Source: Longimicrobiales bacterium
GTDB lineage: Bacteria > Gemmatimonadota > Gemmatimonadetes > Longimicrobiales > Gaopeijiaceae
Direction of reading: 5' to 3'
DNA length: 64,000 nucleotides
Assembly: GCA_041690395.1 (NCBI GenBank)
Contig: JAWLHJ010000004.1
Span: forward strand, 561,365-625,364
Part shown: in pieces, positions 49,036 through 61,939 of the stretch
Layout of the letters: each line of letters opens with the position of its first letter
Position numbering within the stretch: the first letter of the stretch is position 1
Notes under the pieces: model-generated
The model's database searches: none
The model's input: the letters and a program-made list of their open reading frames with translations, nothing else
Told to the model about the DNA's origin: nothing
Program-made: the position numbers and the translations under genes

Positions 49036-49075
49036 CCGTGGACCGGGGGTGCCACGCCCGCCCCACCCACCCCCC

Positions 49076-52396
<3,321 letters not shown>

Positions 52397-52559
52397 ACCA
52401 ACAACCTCTGTGGAGTCGGAGGATGCCTCTGTAGCACATGAAATTACGCAAAGGGGGACGGGTTAGAACCCCCGGCGTCATGAAAAGGTCGGATCGTACG
52501 TTGTTACATACGCATACGAATACCTTGCTCATCCGCTCGAACGGGGTAGCTTCCGATTT

Positions 52560-54068
52560 ATGATCTCCACGCCCGCGACTGAGCCCCGGGTGGCCGTTAC
52601 GCCTTCGGCCGCTTCGGTTAACGGTGACGATCCCCATCCGAGGCTGAAAGTACAGGCTCGCGCGTCGCATACCATCCGGCGGCATTTTCTGCGTGCGGTG
52701 CGACGGGTCCTGATCCTCGCCGCGGCGGATCTCCTCCTGCTCGACCTCGCGGGGAGTTTCATCAACTGGCTCAGGACCGCGAGCTGGACTCCGGACGCGC
52801 TGGCCGCCTTCTTTCCGGCCGGCTTCATGGGCGGGTGGGGAGCGCATGCGGCCATCGTCGTCGGATTGATCTTCGCCGGGGCCTACGCCTCCCAGGAGCG
52901 CTGGGCGTCACCGGACCTGATCCTCAAAGGCGTGGCCCTCGGCACGGCCATGGCCCTCTGGCAGTCCCTGGACACAAGGGGCTTCGCCTGGACGGCGGCA
53001 CACTGGGTGACCGTCGCGGCGGCGCTCGGCGTCCTCCTCACCGGAAGCCGCTTCGTGCTCCGAAAGCTGGTCCTGCAGTACCGCTCCGCGACGCAATCGG
53101 GGGAGCGCGTCATCCTGGTCGGCGATCCGAGCCACCCGGAAGGCGTGCTCGCGGCTGAGGCGGTGCTGGAGTGGCACGGAATCACGTCCCTCGGCTGGCT
53201 GTCCGAGCAGGTCGACATCGACGATTACCTCGGCCACCCATCCACCGTATGGGAAGTCCTGCACGAGACCAGGACCGACACGGTGGTCCTGTGCGACACG
53301 CTCTCGCCCGAGATCTTCCACACGGTGGTGGAAGCGGCCGCCGTGGCCGGTTGCAAGGTCCTGTCGGTCCGGAGCCGTGCGACCATGATGGCCACCCAGC
53401 CACGCACCATGCGGGATCGGCGGCTCAAGCTCATGGAGCTCACGTTCCCGGCCGGCCGAGCGGGCCAGGCCGTGCTGAAGCGTGTCTTCGACTTCGTGGC
53501 CTCCACGCTGCTCCTCGTGGCGCTGGCCCCGGTCTTCTTGCTCATCGCGATCCTGATCAAGCTGGACTCCAGAGGTCCGGTATTCTTCGTCCAGGAGCGG
53601 GTCGGAAAGGCGGGAAGGGTCTTCCCGATGGTCAAGTTCCGGTCGATGAGGGTGGGCGCGGACGCCGAGAAGGCGAAGCTGGCCCATATGAATCAGACGG
53701 GAGATTCCAGGCTGTTCAAGATCCCGAACGACCCGCGGATCACGCGCATGGGCGCCTTCCTGCGTCGTTGGAGCCTGGACGAGTTGCCGCAGCTGTTCAA
53801 CGTCTGGCTCGGCCAGATGTCGCTGGTCGGCCCCCGGCCGTTCTTCGAGTCGGACCTCGCAGCTTACGATGACCACCACTTCATCCGCCTTGCGGTGAAG
53901 CCGGGCGTGACCGGCCTCTGGCAGGTCCGCGGCCGCAGTTCGATTGTCGACTTCGAGGAAGTCGTGGAGCTCGACAGCGAGTACGTCGAGCGCTGGTCCT
54001 TCAGCCTCGACATGCAGATCTTGTTCATGACCCTTCCGGCCGTCCTGCGACGCACCGGCGCCTACTGA
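52560..54068 (+). CDS. Priming polyprenyl-phosphate sugar phosphotransferase (WcaJ/WbaP-like)
   Basis: N-terminal TMs; [53 protein letters not shown]. Confidence 0.93.
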   Translation: MISTPATEPRVAVTPSAASVNGDDPHPRLKVQARASHTIRRHFLRAVRRVLILAAADLLLLDLAGSFINWLRTASWTPDALAAFFPAGFMGGWGAHAAIVVGLIFAGAYASQERWASPDLILKGVALGTAMALWQSLDTRGFAWTAAHWVTVAAALGVLLTGSRFVLRKLVLQYRSATQSGERVILVGDPSHPEGVLAAEAVLEWHGITSLGWLSEQVDIDDYLGHPSTVWEVLHETRTDTVVLCDTLSPEIFHTVVEAAAVAGCKVLSVRSRATMMATQPRTMRDRRLKLMELTFPAGRAGQAVLKRVFDFVASTLLLVALAPVFLLIAILIKLDSRGPVFFVQERVGKAGRVFPMVKFRSMRVGADAEKAKLAHMNQTGDSRLFKIPNDPRITRMGAFLRRWSLDELPQLFNVWLGQMSLVGPRPFFESDLAAYDDHHFIRLAVKPGVTGLWQVRGRSSIVDFEEVVELDSEYVERWSFSLDMQILFMTLPAVLRRTGAY

Positions 54069-54126
54069 ACACTCCGGGTGGTCGAGTCACGCGGCTCGGA
54101 GCTCCCGAACCACCCCGAATCCAGTC

Positions 54127-56358
54127 GTGCAGATCTTGACCTCTTCGTATCTCAGGAACACGGCGCTCGCCCTCGTTCTCCTGTGCGGTACCACCACCGC
54201 CCAGCCCGCTTCCGCCCAGCAGATCCCTTCGCCCGCGGAGGCCCAGCGGCTCATCCAGCAGAACCCCGAGCTCGTGCGTCAGCGGCTCCAGCAGTCGGGG
54301 CTGAGTGACCGCGAGATCCGGGCTCAGCTCGGCGCCGCCGGCCTCCCGACCAACGCGCTCGACCAGTTTCTCGGCACCGGCATGGTGGAGCCCGGCGCGG
54401 GCGCGGTTGCCACGGGAGACATTCTGCGTGCCATGCAGATCCTCGGCCTCGAGGTCGACGCCGACGGCCTGAGCGAGGTACCGGAGCGCACCGGCCTCCA
54501 GCTCCGCGACCCGTTCTACGACGTCGACGAGGACTCCACCGCCCTCCCCGTCTTCGGCGTGAGCCAGTTCCGCCGCGCCACCTCGCAGTTCCAGCCGCTC
54601 CTGTCCGGGCCCGTGCCGGCCGACTACCGCGTCGGCCCCGGCGACCGGATGATCCTCGTGCTCACCGGCGACGTGCAGCTCGCCCACGAGCTCGAGGTCA
54701 CGCGCGAGGGCTTCGTCGTGATCCCCAACGTGGGCCAGATCTCGGTGACCAACCTCACCATGGACGGGCTCCGGACCCTGCTCCGCCAGCGGCTCGCCCA
54801 GTCCTACTCGGGCATCCAGCGGGGAACGACGACCTTCGACCTGACGGTGTCGCAGCTCCGCACGAACCAGATCTACGTCATCGGCGAGGTGCGCCAGCCG
54901 GGCGCCTATCAGCTCGCATCGGTGGCGACGGTGATGAACGCGCTGTACGCGGCCGACGGCCCCACGAACCTCGGGTCGCTCCGGCAGGTGGAGCTCCGCC
55001 GCCGGAACGGGGAGACGGTCACGCTCGACCTCTACGACTACCTCCTCGAGGGGGATGCCTCACAGGACGAGATCCTGCAGCAGGGAGACATCGTCTTCGT
55101 TCCGCTCCGTGAGCGGCAGGTGTCCCTGGTGGGCGCCGTGGGACGGCCGGCCCTGTACGAGCCCGCGCCGGACGAGGACCTGATCGACATGCTGCGGGCC
55201 GCGGGCGGGTTCTCGCCCGAGGCCCGGCGCAGCCGCATCACGATCCACCGGGTGCTCGAGCCCCTCGAGCGCGGTCCGGGCATCGCGGAACGGGCGGCGG
55301 TCGATCTCGCGCTCCCGTCGTCCGACGATCCGTCGAACCCGCGCTACGTGGGCGGCGTCATCGTGCCTCCGGTCGGGCTCCAGCACGGCGATTCGGTGCA
55401 CGTGGACAGCGTCGCGGCGCTCGAGGACGCCTACTACGTCACGGTGCGCGGCCGGGTGCAGTCGCCCGGGCGGTTCCCCTGGCGTGCCGGCATGACGCTC
55501 CGCGACCTCGTCGAGCTGGCCCGTGGGCCGGCCGTGGGTGCGGACCTCCGCGAGGCCGAGCTCGCCCGACTCCCCGACGAGCGGGCGGCCGGCGAGCTGG
55601 CCGAGCTCATGCGCGTGCCGCTCGACTCGAGCTATCTGGACCTCGGCGACGGGGCCGAGGCGTTCCAGGGCCCGCGCGGGGTGGCCTTCCCCGCACCGGG
55701 GACGGCGCCCGACGTCGAGCTCGAGCCGTTCGACCAGGTGACGGTCCTCCTCCAGCCCGACTTCCAGCTCCAGCGCGAGGTCGCGATCACCGGCGAGGTG
55801 CCCGTGCCCGGCCGCTACACGCTCCGCTCGAAGGACGACCGGCTGGCCGACCTCGTGGAGCGCGCCGGCGGGCTGCTCCCGACGGCCTACCCGGTGGGCG
55901 CGCAGCTCCACCGCTCGGAGCGCGACCTCGGCCGCGTGGACGTCGAGCTCCTGACCGCGATCGTCGATCCCGCGAGTTCCGACAACATCGTGCTCGAGCC
56001 CGGGGACTCGCTGCATATCCCGGTCTACTCTCCCACGGTCGTGGTTCAGGGCGCGGTCAACTCACCGGCCACCATCCTCTACCGTGAGGGCCAGGGGCTC
56101 GACTACTACATCGAGAGCGCCGGCGGCTTCCGGAACGACGCCGATGAGGGCCGCACCGCGGTGCGCTACGCCAACGGCCGCGCCGAGCTGCGCGACAAGT
56201 TCCTCTTCTGGTCGAGCTACCCCACGCCGGGCCCCGGGAGCATCGTCACCGTCCCGACCGAGAATCCCGCGAACCGGTTCGACTGGCGGGGGCTGATCAC
56301 GGACATGGTGGCCATCACCGGGTCGATCGCGACGGTGATCATCGTGGTGACGCGGTAG
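54127..56358 (+). CDS. Polysaccharide export protein with multiple SLBB domains (Wza/KpsD-like)
   Basis: Signal peptide; DYRVGPGD, GEVRQPG.Y, repeated V.G.V..PG SLBB units; amphipathic C-terminal helix. Confidence 0.88.
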   Translation: MQILTSSYLRNTALALVLLCGTTTAQPASAQQIPSPAEAQRLIQQNPELVRQRLQQSGLSDREIRAQLGAAGLPTNALDQFLGTGMVEPGAGAVATGDILRAMQILGLEVDADGLSEVPERTGLQLRDPFYDVDEDSTALPVFGVSQFRRATSQFQPLLSGPVPADYRVGPGDRMILVLTGDVQLAHELEVTREGFVVIPNVGQISVTNLTMDGLRTLLRQRLAQSYSGIQRGTTTFDLTVSQLRTNQIYVIGEVRQPGAYQLASVATVMNALYAADGPTNLGSLRQVELRRRNGETVTLDLYDYLLEGDASQDEILQQGDIVFVPLRERQVSLVGAVGRPALYEPAPDEDLIDMLRAAGGFSPEARRSRITIHRVLEPLERGPGIAERAAVDLALPSSDDPSNPRYVGGVIVPPVGLQHGDSVHVDSVAALEDAYYVTVRGRVQSPGRFPWRAGMTLRDLVELARGPAVGADLREAELARLPDERAAGELAELMRVPLDSSYLDLGDGAEAFQGPRGVAFPAPGTAPDVELEPFDQVTVLLQPDFQLQREVAITGEVPVPGRYTLRSKDDRLADLVERAGGLLPTAYPVGAQLHRSERDLGRVDVELLTAIVDPASSDNIVLEPGDSLHIPVYSPTVVVQGAVNSPATILYREGQGLDYYIESAGGFRNDADEGRTAVRYANGRAELRDKFLFWSSYPTPGPGSIVTVPTENPANRFDWRGLITDMVAITGSIATVIIVVTR

Positions 56359-56369
56359 GGCGCGCCGCC

Positions 56370-56666
56370 TCACCGCACTTCGTAGTGCACCACCCGCTCG
56401 TCGAACCGGATCATCCAGGGCCGCACCTTCTCCGGCACGACCGCCGTCTCGACGTCCTCCCCCGCGAACGCCCGGATGGCGTCCATCGACGCCCACTCGG
56501 TGACGATCCGGTACGCCGCGCCCTCGGGGACGTCCCGCCTCAGGATGGCGGCCGAGCGGAAGCCGTCGATCTCTTCGATGGCCCGGAAGGTCTCGGTGCG
56601 GAGGTGCCGCTCGTAGTCGGCGGCGGATGCCGGATGGGTGACGCAGGTCCAGTGGCGTGAGATCAT
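56370..56666 (-). CDS. Antibiotic biosynthesis monooxygenase (ABM)-like protein
   Basis: MISRHW..YE.HL..IDGF..WASMDAIRAFAGED...AVVP..V.HYEV; TGATG overlap with the upstream ATPase. Confidence 0.75.
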   Translation of the reverse strand: MISRHWTCVTHPASAADYERHLRTETFRAIEEIDGFRSAAILRRDVPEGAAYRIVTEWASMDAIRAFAGEDVETAVVPEKVRPWMIRFDERVVHYEVR

Positions 56667-57919
56667 CAGGGTCCGAGGGCGGTGAGGGGGACGACTTCGA
56701 CGCCGTCTGGGCGACGGTAAGCGTATCCACCACCTACCACGACGGCCAAGAACGCCGGTGTGCCCGAGCGGTCCGTGTCCACCTGCTCCCGGAAGCGAAG
56801 GAGGCCCTCGGCCGCCTGGTCGATCCGGCCCTGGCCCAACTTGACCTCTACCGCTCCCCATCGGCCGTCGGCCGTCTCGATAATGGCGTCGACTTCAATG
56901 CCGTAGTTGTCCCGATAGTGCAGTACGCGGGCATCGAGCGGCTGCGCATACACGCGGAGGTCACGCACCGCCATCGACTCGAAGAGGAGGCCCAGGAGCT
57001 CCACGTCTCGAAGGAGGGCATCGGGACTGGCGCCGAGCGCGGCGGCGGCCAAAGACGGGTCGGCGAAGTGCCGCTTGGCCGAGCGTCGAAGCACCGCCTT
57101 CGAGCGTAGATGCGGCGCCCAGGCCGGCTGATCTTCCACCACCATCAGCCGTTCCAGCGCACCGAGGTAGCTCCGCACGGTCTCCACGTGGGGCGAAGCG
57201 TCATCCCCACCCACAGCGTCTCGGGACAACGTCCTGAGGGTCGCTTCCGTCGACACGTTCCTCGCGATTGAACGGAGGACCCGGCCCACCAAGGCTGGAT
57301 CCCTGCGCACTCCGTCGACCCGGGTGATGTCGACGCGGCGGACCTCGGCCAGATAGTCGCGAACGGCCCTGGCCGCCGCGGCCGCGTCGAGTCGACGGAA
57401 ACCGGGCCAACCGCCAGCGCACACACGGTCGGCCAAGCCCCGCAGGTCCATCCCCCGGTCCGATGCTCGCGCGGGCTCGTTCGCGAAAAGGGCGCGCAAT
57501 GATACGTCACCACTCGAGTGACCGGACTCGTACAGCGATAGAGGACGCATGCGGAGGCGAGTGAGCCGTCCGGCCCCCGTGTGTCGAGTGACATCGTCTG
57601 CAGGCACCGCCGAGCCGGTGAGGATGAACTGACCAGGCTCCCCGCGATCGTCCACGGCTCGGCGCACGTGGTTCCAGATCGAGGGCTCGATCTGCCATTC
57701 GTCGATCAGGCGCGGGGTCGCTCCCTCCAGAACGAGCGAGGCTTCCAGGCGTGCTGCCGCCCGGGCCTGCTCATCGACATCGAGGAGGACCTCACTGGCG
57801 GCCACCTGACGGGCCGTCGCGGTCTTGCCACATGCCTTCGGTCCTTCGATGACGACCGCGCCGGTAACCCGGAGGCGGGCCTTCAACTCGCCGTCCGCAA
57901 TTCGCGGAAGATAGCGCAT
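56666..57919 (-). CDS. AAA_14 ATPase with DUF4143 C-terminal domain
   Basis: Walker A GPKACGKT, Walker B LIDEWQ, FILTGS, HFADPSLA, LFES, EVDAIIE......AVEVKLG (PD-(D/E)xK-like). Confidence 0.88.
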   Translation of the reverse strand: MRYLPRIADGELKARLRVTGAVVIEGPKACGKTATARQVAASEVLLDVDEQARAAARLEASLVLEGATPRLIDEWQIEPSIWNHVRRAVDDRGEPGQFILTGSAVPADDVTRHTGAGRLTRLRMRPLSLYESGHSSGDVSLRALFANEPARASDRGMDLRGLADRVCAGGWPGFRRLDAAAAARAVRDYLAEVRRVDITRVDGVRRDPALVGRVLRSIARNVSTEATLRTLSRDAVGGDDASPHVETVRSYLGALERLMVVEDQPAWAPHLRSKAVLRRSAKRHFADPSLAAAALGASPDALLRDVELLGLLFESMAVRDLRVYAQPLDARVLHYRDNYGIEVDAIIETADGRWGAVEVKLGQGRIDQAAEGLLRFREQVDTDRSGTPAFLAVVVGGGYAYRRPDGVEVVPLTALGP

Positions 57920-57933
57920 CAACCGCCCCCTTG

Positions 57934-57994
57934 GTCGTTGTTTTGTAGGGGCTACAATCGTTGGAATGTAGGACACTCAGTCGTTGTTTTGTAG
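57934..57994. repeat. Three 15-bp direct repeats at 23-nt period upstream of the DUF4143 ATPase
   Basis: gtcgttgttttgtag (57934), atcgttggaatgtag (57957), gtcgttgttttgtag (57980). Confidence 0.92.
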
Positions 57995-58012
57995 ACCCTC
58001 GCTACTCCGTGC

Positions 58013-58786
58013 TCACGCACCCGTCCGCCTCATCCAGAACGACGCCCCCCGGAAGTCTCCCTCCGCCACCCCGTCCCCGAACGTCCCCTTCATCGCCTCG
58101 GGGTGCTCGTCGGACATGAAGTAGGTCGCGAAGACGATCTCCCAGGCGGGGCTGTCGGCGAGCAGCGCGTGCAGCAGGTATTGCTCCGCGTAGCCGCGCT
58201 GACGGTAGACGTCGGGGTAGTCGAAGGGCAGGAAGATGTCGTGGACGTGCACGAGCGTGCCGGCGGGCACGTCCGGCAGCAGGCGGCAGTACAGGTAGGG
58301 CCCGTCGCCGCCGGGCACGACCTCGTGGCTCGAGTCGATCATGAGGAGCGCCCGCTCCGGCACACCGTGCTCGGCCAGCCGGCTTCCCTCCACGGGCAGA
58401 CGCTCCCACCGGTCGGCGATCTGGCGGACATCGGACCGCGGCTCGGGGTCGATGACGACCAGCTCCGTGTCGAGCCCGCCGTGCGCGATCGCCTTCCGGG
58501 CCACCCGCGTGCTGAACCCCGACCCGATCTCGATGACGGCCTTGGGCCGCTCCCGGAGGATCATCGCGGCGTACAGCTCCGCGTCCGGGCTCGGGAAGTA
58601 GCCGTTGTGGATGACGTCGGGACGGCGCGCGCTCCGTGGCCAGCCGGTGTTGATGGCGGGGTCGGCCCGGAGGGCCTGGAAGAGCGACTGGAAGGCGTCG
58701 GCGCGGAGCTCGTCGAGGAGGGCGAGCTGCGGGCCGGTGTCGAGCGTGAGGCCGGCGTGGCCGAAGCGCGGAGGGTCCAAGGTCAT
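58013..58786 (-). CDS. Class I SAM-dependent methyltransferase (Methyltransf_24-like)
   Basis: NGYFPSPDA, IEIGSGFST, IDPEPR, IDSSH, VHVHDIFLPFDYP, EQYLL. Confidence 0.85.
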   Translation of the reverse strand: MTLDPPRFGHAGLTLDTGPQLALLDELRADAFQSLFQALRADPAINTGWPRSARRPDVIHNGYFPSPDAELYAAMILRERPKAVIEIGSGFSTRVARKAIAHGGLDTELVVIDPEPRSDVRQIADRWERLPVEGSRLAEHGVPERALLMIDSSHEVVPGGDGPYLYCRLLPDVPAGTLVHVHDIFLPFDYPDVYRQRGYAEQYLLHALLADSPAWEIVFATYFMSDEHPEAMKGTFGDGVAEGDFRGASFWMRRTGA

Positions 58787-58796
58787 GGCCGGAGGC

Positions 58797-60110
58797 TCAG
58801 CTCTTCACGATCCACCCCTTGCCCACGTCCCCCGCCTCGCGCGCCACCGCGTGCCGCCCGTCGACCAGCACGTTGGCCGTCTCGGTGATCCACCGGTAAT
58901 CGAACGACGAGTGATCGGTGAGGATGACGACCGCGTCGGCCTCGGTGAGCGCCTGCTCGGTCAGCTCGATGGACTCCAGCTCGTGCCCCTCCTCGTGGAG
59001 CTCGGGCACGTACGGGTCGTGGTACGACGTCACCGCGCCGTCGGCCTCGAGGAGGCGTAGGACGTCGAGCGCGGGCGACTCGCGCACGTCGCTGATGTCC
59101 TTCTTGTACGCGACGCCGATGACCAGGATCTTCGAGCCGTTCACGCTCTTCCGGTTCCGGTTGAGCGCCTCGCGCACCTTGCCCACGACGAAGTGCGGCA
59201 TCTCGGAGTTGATCTCCGACGCGAGCTCGATGAAGCGGGTCTTGTAGTTGAGCGTCCGCATCTTCCACGACAGGTAGTGCGGATCGATGGGGATGCAGTG
59301 TCCGCCGAGGCCGGGGCCGGGGGTGAACTTCATGAACCCGAACGGCTTCGTGGCGGCGGCGTCGATGACCTCCCAGACGTCGACCCCGAGCCGGTCCGCG
59401 ATGAGCGCGGTCTCGTTGGCGAGCCCGATGTTCACGGCACGGAAGGTGTTCTCGAGGATCTTCGTCATCTCGGCAGCCTCGGCCGACGAGACGGGCACCA
59501 CGGTGTCGAGGAAGCGCTCGTAGAAGCGGGCGCCCGCCGCGGAGCACGCCTTCGTGATGCCGCCCACCACCTTCGGCGTGTTCTTCGTAGTCCACACCTG
59601 GTTGCCGGGGTCCACGCGCTCCGGGCTGAAGCAGAGCTGGAAGTCCTTGCCGACCTCGAGACCGGATTCCTCGAGCGCGGGCAGCAGCACCTCGCGCGTC
59701 GTCCCTGGATAGGTGGTCGACTCGAGGATGACGAGCTGCCCCTTGCGGAGCGCGGCGGCCACGGCCTTCGACGCCGAGATGATGTACGAGACGTCCGGGT
59801 CGCGCGTCTTCGAGAGCGGGGTGGGCACGCAGATGGAGACCACGTCGCACTCGGCCAGACGGCTCATGTCGGTCGTCGCCTCGAGCAGCCCGGCTTCGGT
59901 CAGCTTGGCCACCTCCTCCGACGGCACGTCCAGGATGTGCGAGCGCCCGGCGTTCACGCCGTCGACGACCTTCTGGTTCACGTCGAAGCCGATGACGCGG
60001 ATCCCCTCCTCGGCCGCCTCCACGGTCAGCGGCAGGCCCACGTACCCGAGGCCGATGACGCCGAAGGTCACGTCGGAGTTGGGGGAGGCGCTGGCGGGAG
60101 AAGCGGACAT
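58797..60110 (-). CDS. Nucleotide-sugar dehydrogenase, UDP-GlcNAc 6-dehydrogenase (WbpA/TviB)-like
   Basis: GLGYVGLP, ESTTYPGTT, FSPERVDPGN, KILENTFRAVNI, GPGLGGHCIPIDP. Confidence 0.9.
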   Translation of the reverse strand: MSASPASASPNSDVTFGVIGLGYVGLPLTVEAAEEGIRVIGFDVNQKVVDGVNAGRSHILDVPSEEVAKLTEAGLLEATTDMSRLAECDVVSICVPTPLSKTRDPDVSYIISASKAVAAALRKGQLVILESTTYPGTTREVLLPALEESGLEVGKDFQLCFSPERVDPGNQVWTTKNTPKVVGGITKACSAAGARFYERFLDTVVPVSSAEAAEMTKILENTFRAVNIGLANETALIADRLGVDVWEVIDAAATKPFGFMKFTPGPGLGGHCIPIDPHYLSWKMRTLNYKTRFIELASEINSEMPHFVVGKVREALNRNRKSVNGSKILVIGVAYKKDISDVRESPALDVLRLLEADGAVTSYHDPYVPELHEEGHELESIELTEQALTEADAVVILTDHSSFDYRWITETANVLVDGRHAVAREAGDVGKGWIVKS

Positions 60111-60271
60111 GGTTCGGCCTTGGGGGTCGGGGGTCGGTCGTGCGGGCGGGACGTGCTCGGATGAGCCGACAAGGATAAGGGACGGGGACGGGGAGTTCCA
60201 GCGTCTCGAAGGACCATGGGCGGGTCCCGGCGGCGGTGGGAGCTTGAACGACAGCGCGGACCCACGTTACC

Positions 60272-60283
60272 GTACAATTGTAC
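60272..60283. promoter_or_regulatory. Palindrome GTACAATTGTAC overlapping a TACAAT -10, candidate TA operator
   Basis: Perfect 12-bp palindrome just upstream of the PIN toxin gene. Confidence 0.6.
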
Positions 60284-60310
60284 ATCCCCATGATTCGACC
60301 CCTGGATCCC

Positions 60311-60703
60311 ATGCAGATCACCGTCGACACCAGCGTGGTGATGGCCGTGCTCCTTGGGGAGCCGGCCCGAGGCGCCCTCGTCGACCAGACGCGCGACGCC
60401 GAGCTGCTCGCCCCGCCGACGCTCCCCTGGGAGGTCGGCAACGCCCTCTCGGCGCTCCTCCGGCGGGGCCGCCTCGAATGGACCGAGGCCGCCGCTGTGC
60501 TGGCCGGCCTCGAGGCGATCCCGCTCCGCCTGCCGGAGGTCGATCTCGAGGATGCGGTGGAGCTGGCGAGCCGGTTCGGGATCTACGCATACGACGCGTA
60601 TGTCATCGTCTGCGCCCGCCGCTACCGGACGCCCCTTCTCTCCCTCGACCAGGCACAGAACGCGGTCGCCCGCGAAGCCGGCGTGACCGTGATGGAGGTC
60701 TGA
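60311..60703 (+). CDS. vapC: VapC/PIN toxin
   Basis: VDTSVVMAV, EVGNAL, IYAYDAY, LLSLD; ATG 60290 is an alternative start. Confidence 0.9.
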   Translation: MQITVDTSVVMAVLLGEPARGALVDQTRDAELLAPPTLPWEVGNALSALLRRGRLEWTEAAAVLAGLEAIPLRLPEVDLEDAVELASRFGIYAYDAYVIVCARRYRTPLLSLDQAQNAVAREAGVTVMEV

Positions 60704-60706
60704 CCC

Positions 60707-60928
60707 GTGAAGGTCTACACGTACTCGGAGGCCCGGCGCCTCTTCGCACAGATTCTCGACGAGGCGCGCGACGGCGGCGAGGTCCGCGTGCGCCGTCAGG
60801 ACGGCACGGAGTTCGCCATCCGGCCCGTGGTACGTGAGGGGTCGCCCCTGGACGTCCCGGGGGCGGACGCGGGGCTGAGCCGCGAAGAGATCCTGGAGGC
60901 GATCAGGGAGTCGCGGCGGGGGCGGTGA
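60707..60928 (+). CDS. Phd/YefM-family antitoxin
   Basis: MKVYTYSEARR.FA..LDEA...GEV.VRR.DG; SPLDVPG; follows the toxin gene. Confidence 0.85.
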   Translation: MKVYTYSEARRLFAQILDEARDGGEVRVRRQDGTEFAIRPVVREGSPLDVPGADAGLSREEILEAIRESRRGR

Positions 60929-60937
60929 GATCCCCCC

Positions 60938-61939
60938 TCACGCCACCGTCGCGCTCCAAGCCTCGTTCTCCATGTACCACTGCACCGTATCAGCCAGGCC
61001 GTCGTCGAAGTCGCGGGTCGGACGCCAGCCGAGCTCCGACGTGGCCCGCGAGAAGTCGATCGCGTAGCGGCGGTCGTGCCCCGGCCGGTCCTTCACGTAC
61101 TCGACGAGCGACTCGGGCTTCCCGAGCACCCGGAGCAGAGTCCGCACGACGGACAGGTTCGTCCGCTCCGCGTCGCCGCCGAAGTTGTAGACCCGGCCCG
61201 CCTCGCCCCGCTCTCCCGCCGCCAGCACCCCCGCGCAGTGGTCCGTCACGTGGATCCAGTCGCGCACGTGGAGCCCGTCTCCGTACACGGGGAGCGGCTC
61301 GTCGGTGAGGGCCCGCGTGATCATGAGCGGGATGAGCTTCTCGGGATGCTGGTACGGACCGTAGTTGTTCGAGCAGCGGGTGATGACGGTGTCGAGCCCG
61401 TGCGTGGTGTGATACGCGCTCACCAGATGGTCCGCGGCGGCCTTGGTGGCCGAATACGGCGAGCGCGGGGCGAGGGGGGTGGCTTCGGTGAAGCGCGGGG
61501 CGTCGTCCGCGCCGGCCGCTCCTCCACCGGCCTCCGGGTCACGCCACGGGAGCTCCCCGTACACCTCGTCGGTCGAGACCTGCACGAAGCGCCTCACCCC
61601 GTGCGCGAGCGCGGCCGACAGCAGGACCGCCGTCCCGGTCACGTTGGTGCGCACGAACGGCGTGTCGGCCGCGATCGAGCGGTCGACGTGCGACTCGGCG
61701 GCGAAGTTGTAAACGACGTCGATGCCCTTCATGACCTCGTCGACGAGCTCGGCGTCGCAGATGTCGCCCTTCACGAAGGTATGGCGCACGTCGTCCTCGA
61801 CGCCGTCCAGATTCGCCAACGTCCCGGCGTACGTCAGCTTGTCGAGGTTCACGACCTCGGCCTCGACGCGCTCGGCGAGGAGATGCCGCACGAAATTCGA
61901 GCCGATGAACCCGGCGCCGCCCGTGACGAGGACCTTCAC
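60938..61939 (-). CDS. rfbB: dTDP-glucose 4,6-dehydratase
   Basis: GGAGFIGSNF, DKLTYAG, AAESHVDRS, STDEVYG, YSATK, DRPGHDRRY. Confidence 0.96.
   Translation of the reverse strand: MKVLVTGGAGFIGSNFVRHLLAERVEAEVVNLDKLTYAGTLANLDGVEDDVRHTFVKGDICDAELVDEVMKGIDVVYNFAAESHVDRSIAADTPFVRTNVTGTAVLLSAALAHGVRRFVQVSTDEVYGELPWRDPEAGGGAAGADDAPRFTEATPLAPRSPYSATKAAADHLVSAYHTTHGLDTVITRCSNNYGPYQHPEKLIPLMITRALTDEPLPVYGDGLHVRDWIHVTDHCAGVLAAGERGEAGRVYNFGGDAERTNLSVVRTLLRVLGKPESLVEYVKDRPGHDRRYAIDFSRATSELGWRPTRDFDDGLADTVQWYMENEAWSATVA

Larger units (their letters stand above)
39540..49070. other. Lower-GC surface-polysaccharide island (10 genes) between secA and relA
   Basis: Visibly more A/T and more A/T-ending codons than the flanks; all genes are glycan-related; no mobility gene seen. 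Confidence 0.75.

Noticed and set aside
57934..57994. Mini-CRISPR interpretation of the triple repeat
   Set aside because: 15-nt repeats with 8-nt spacers are far too short, and no cas genes are present.
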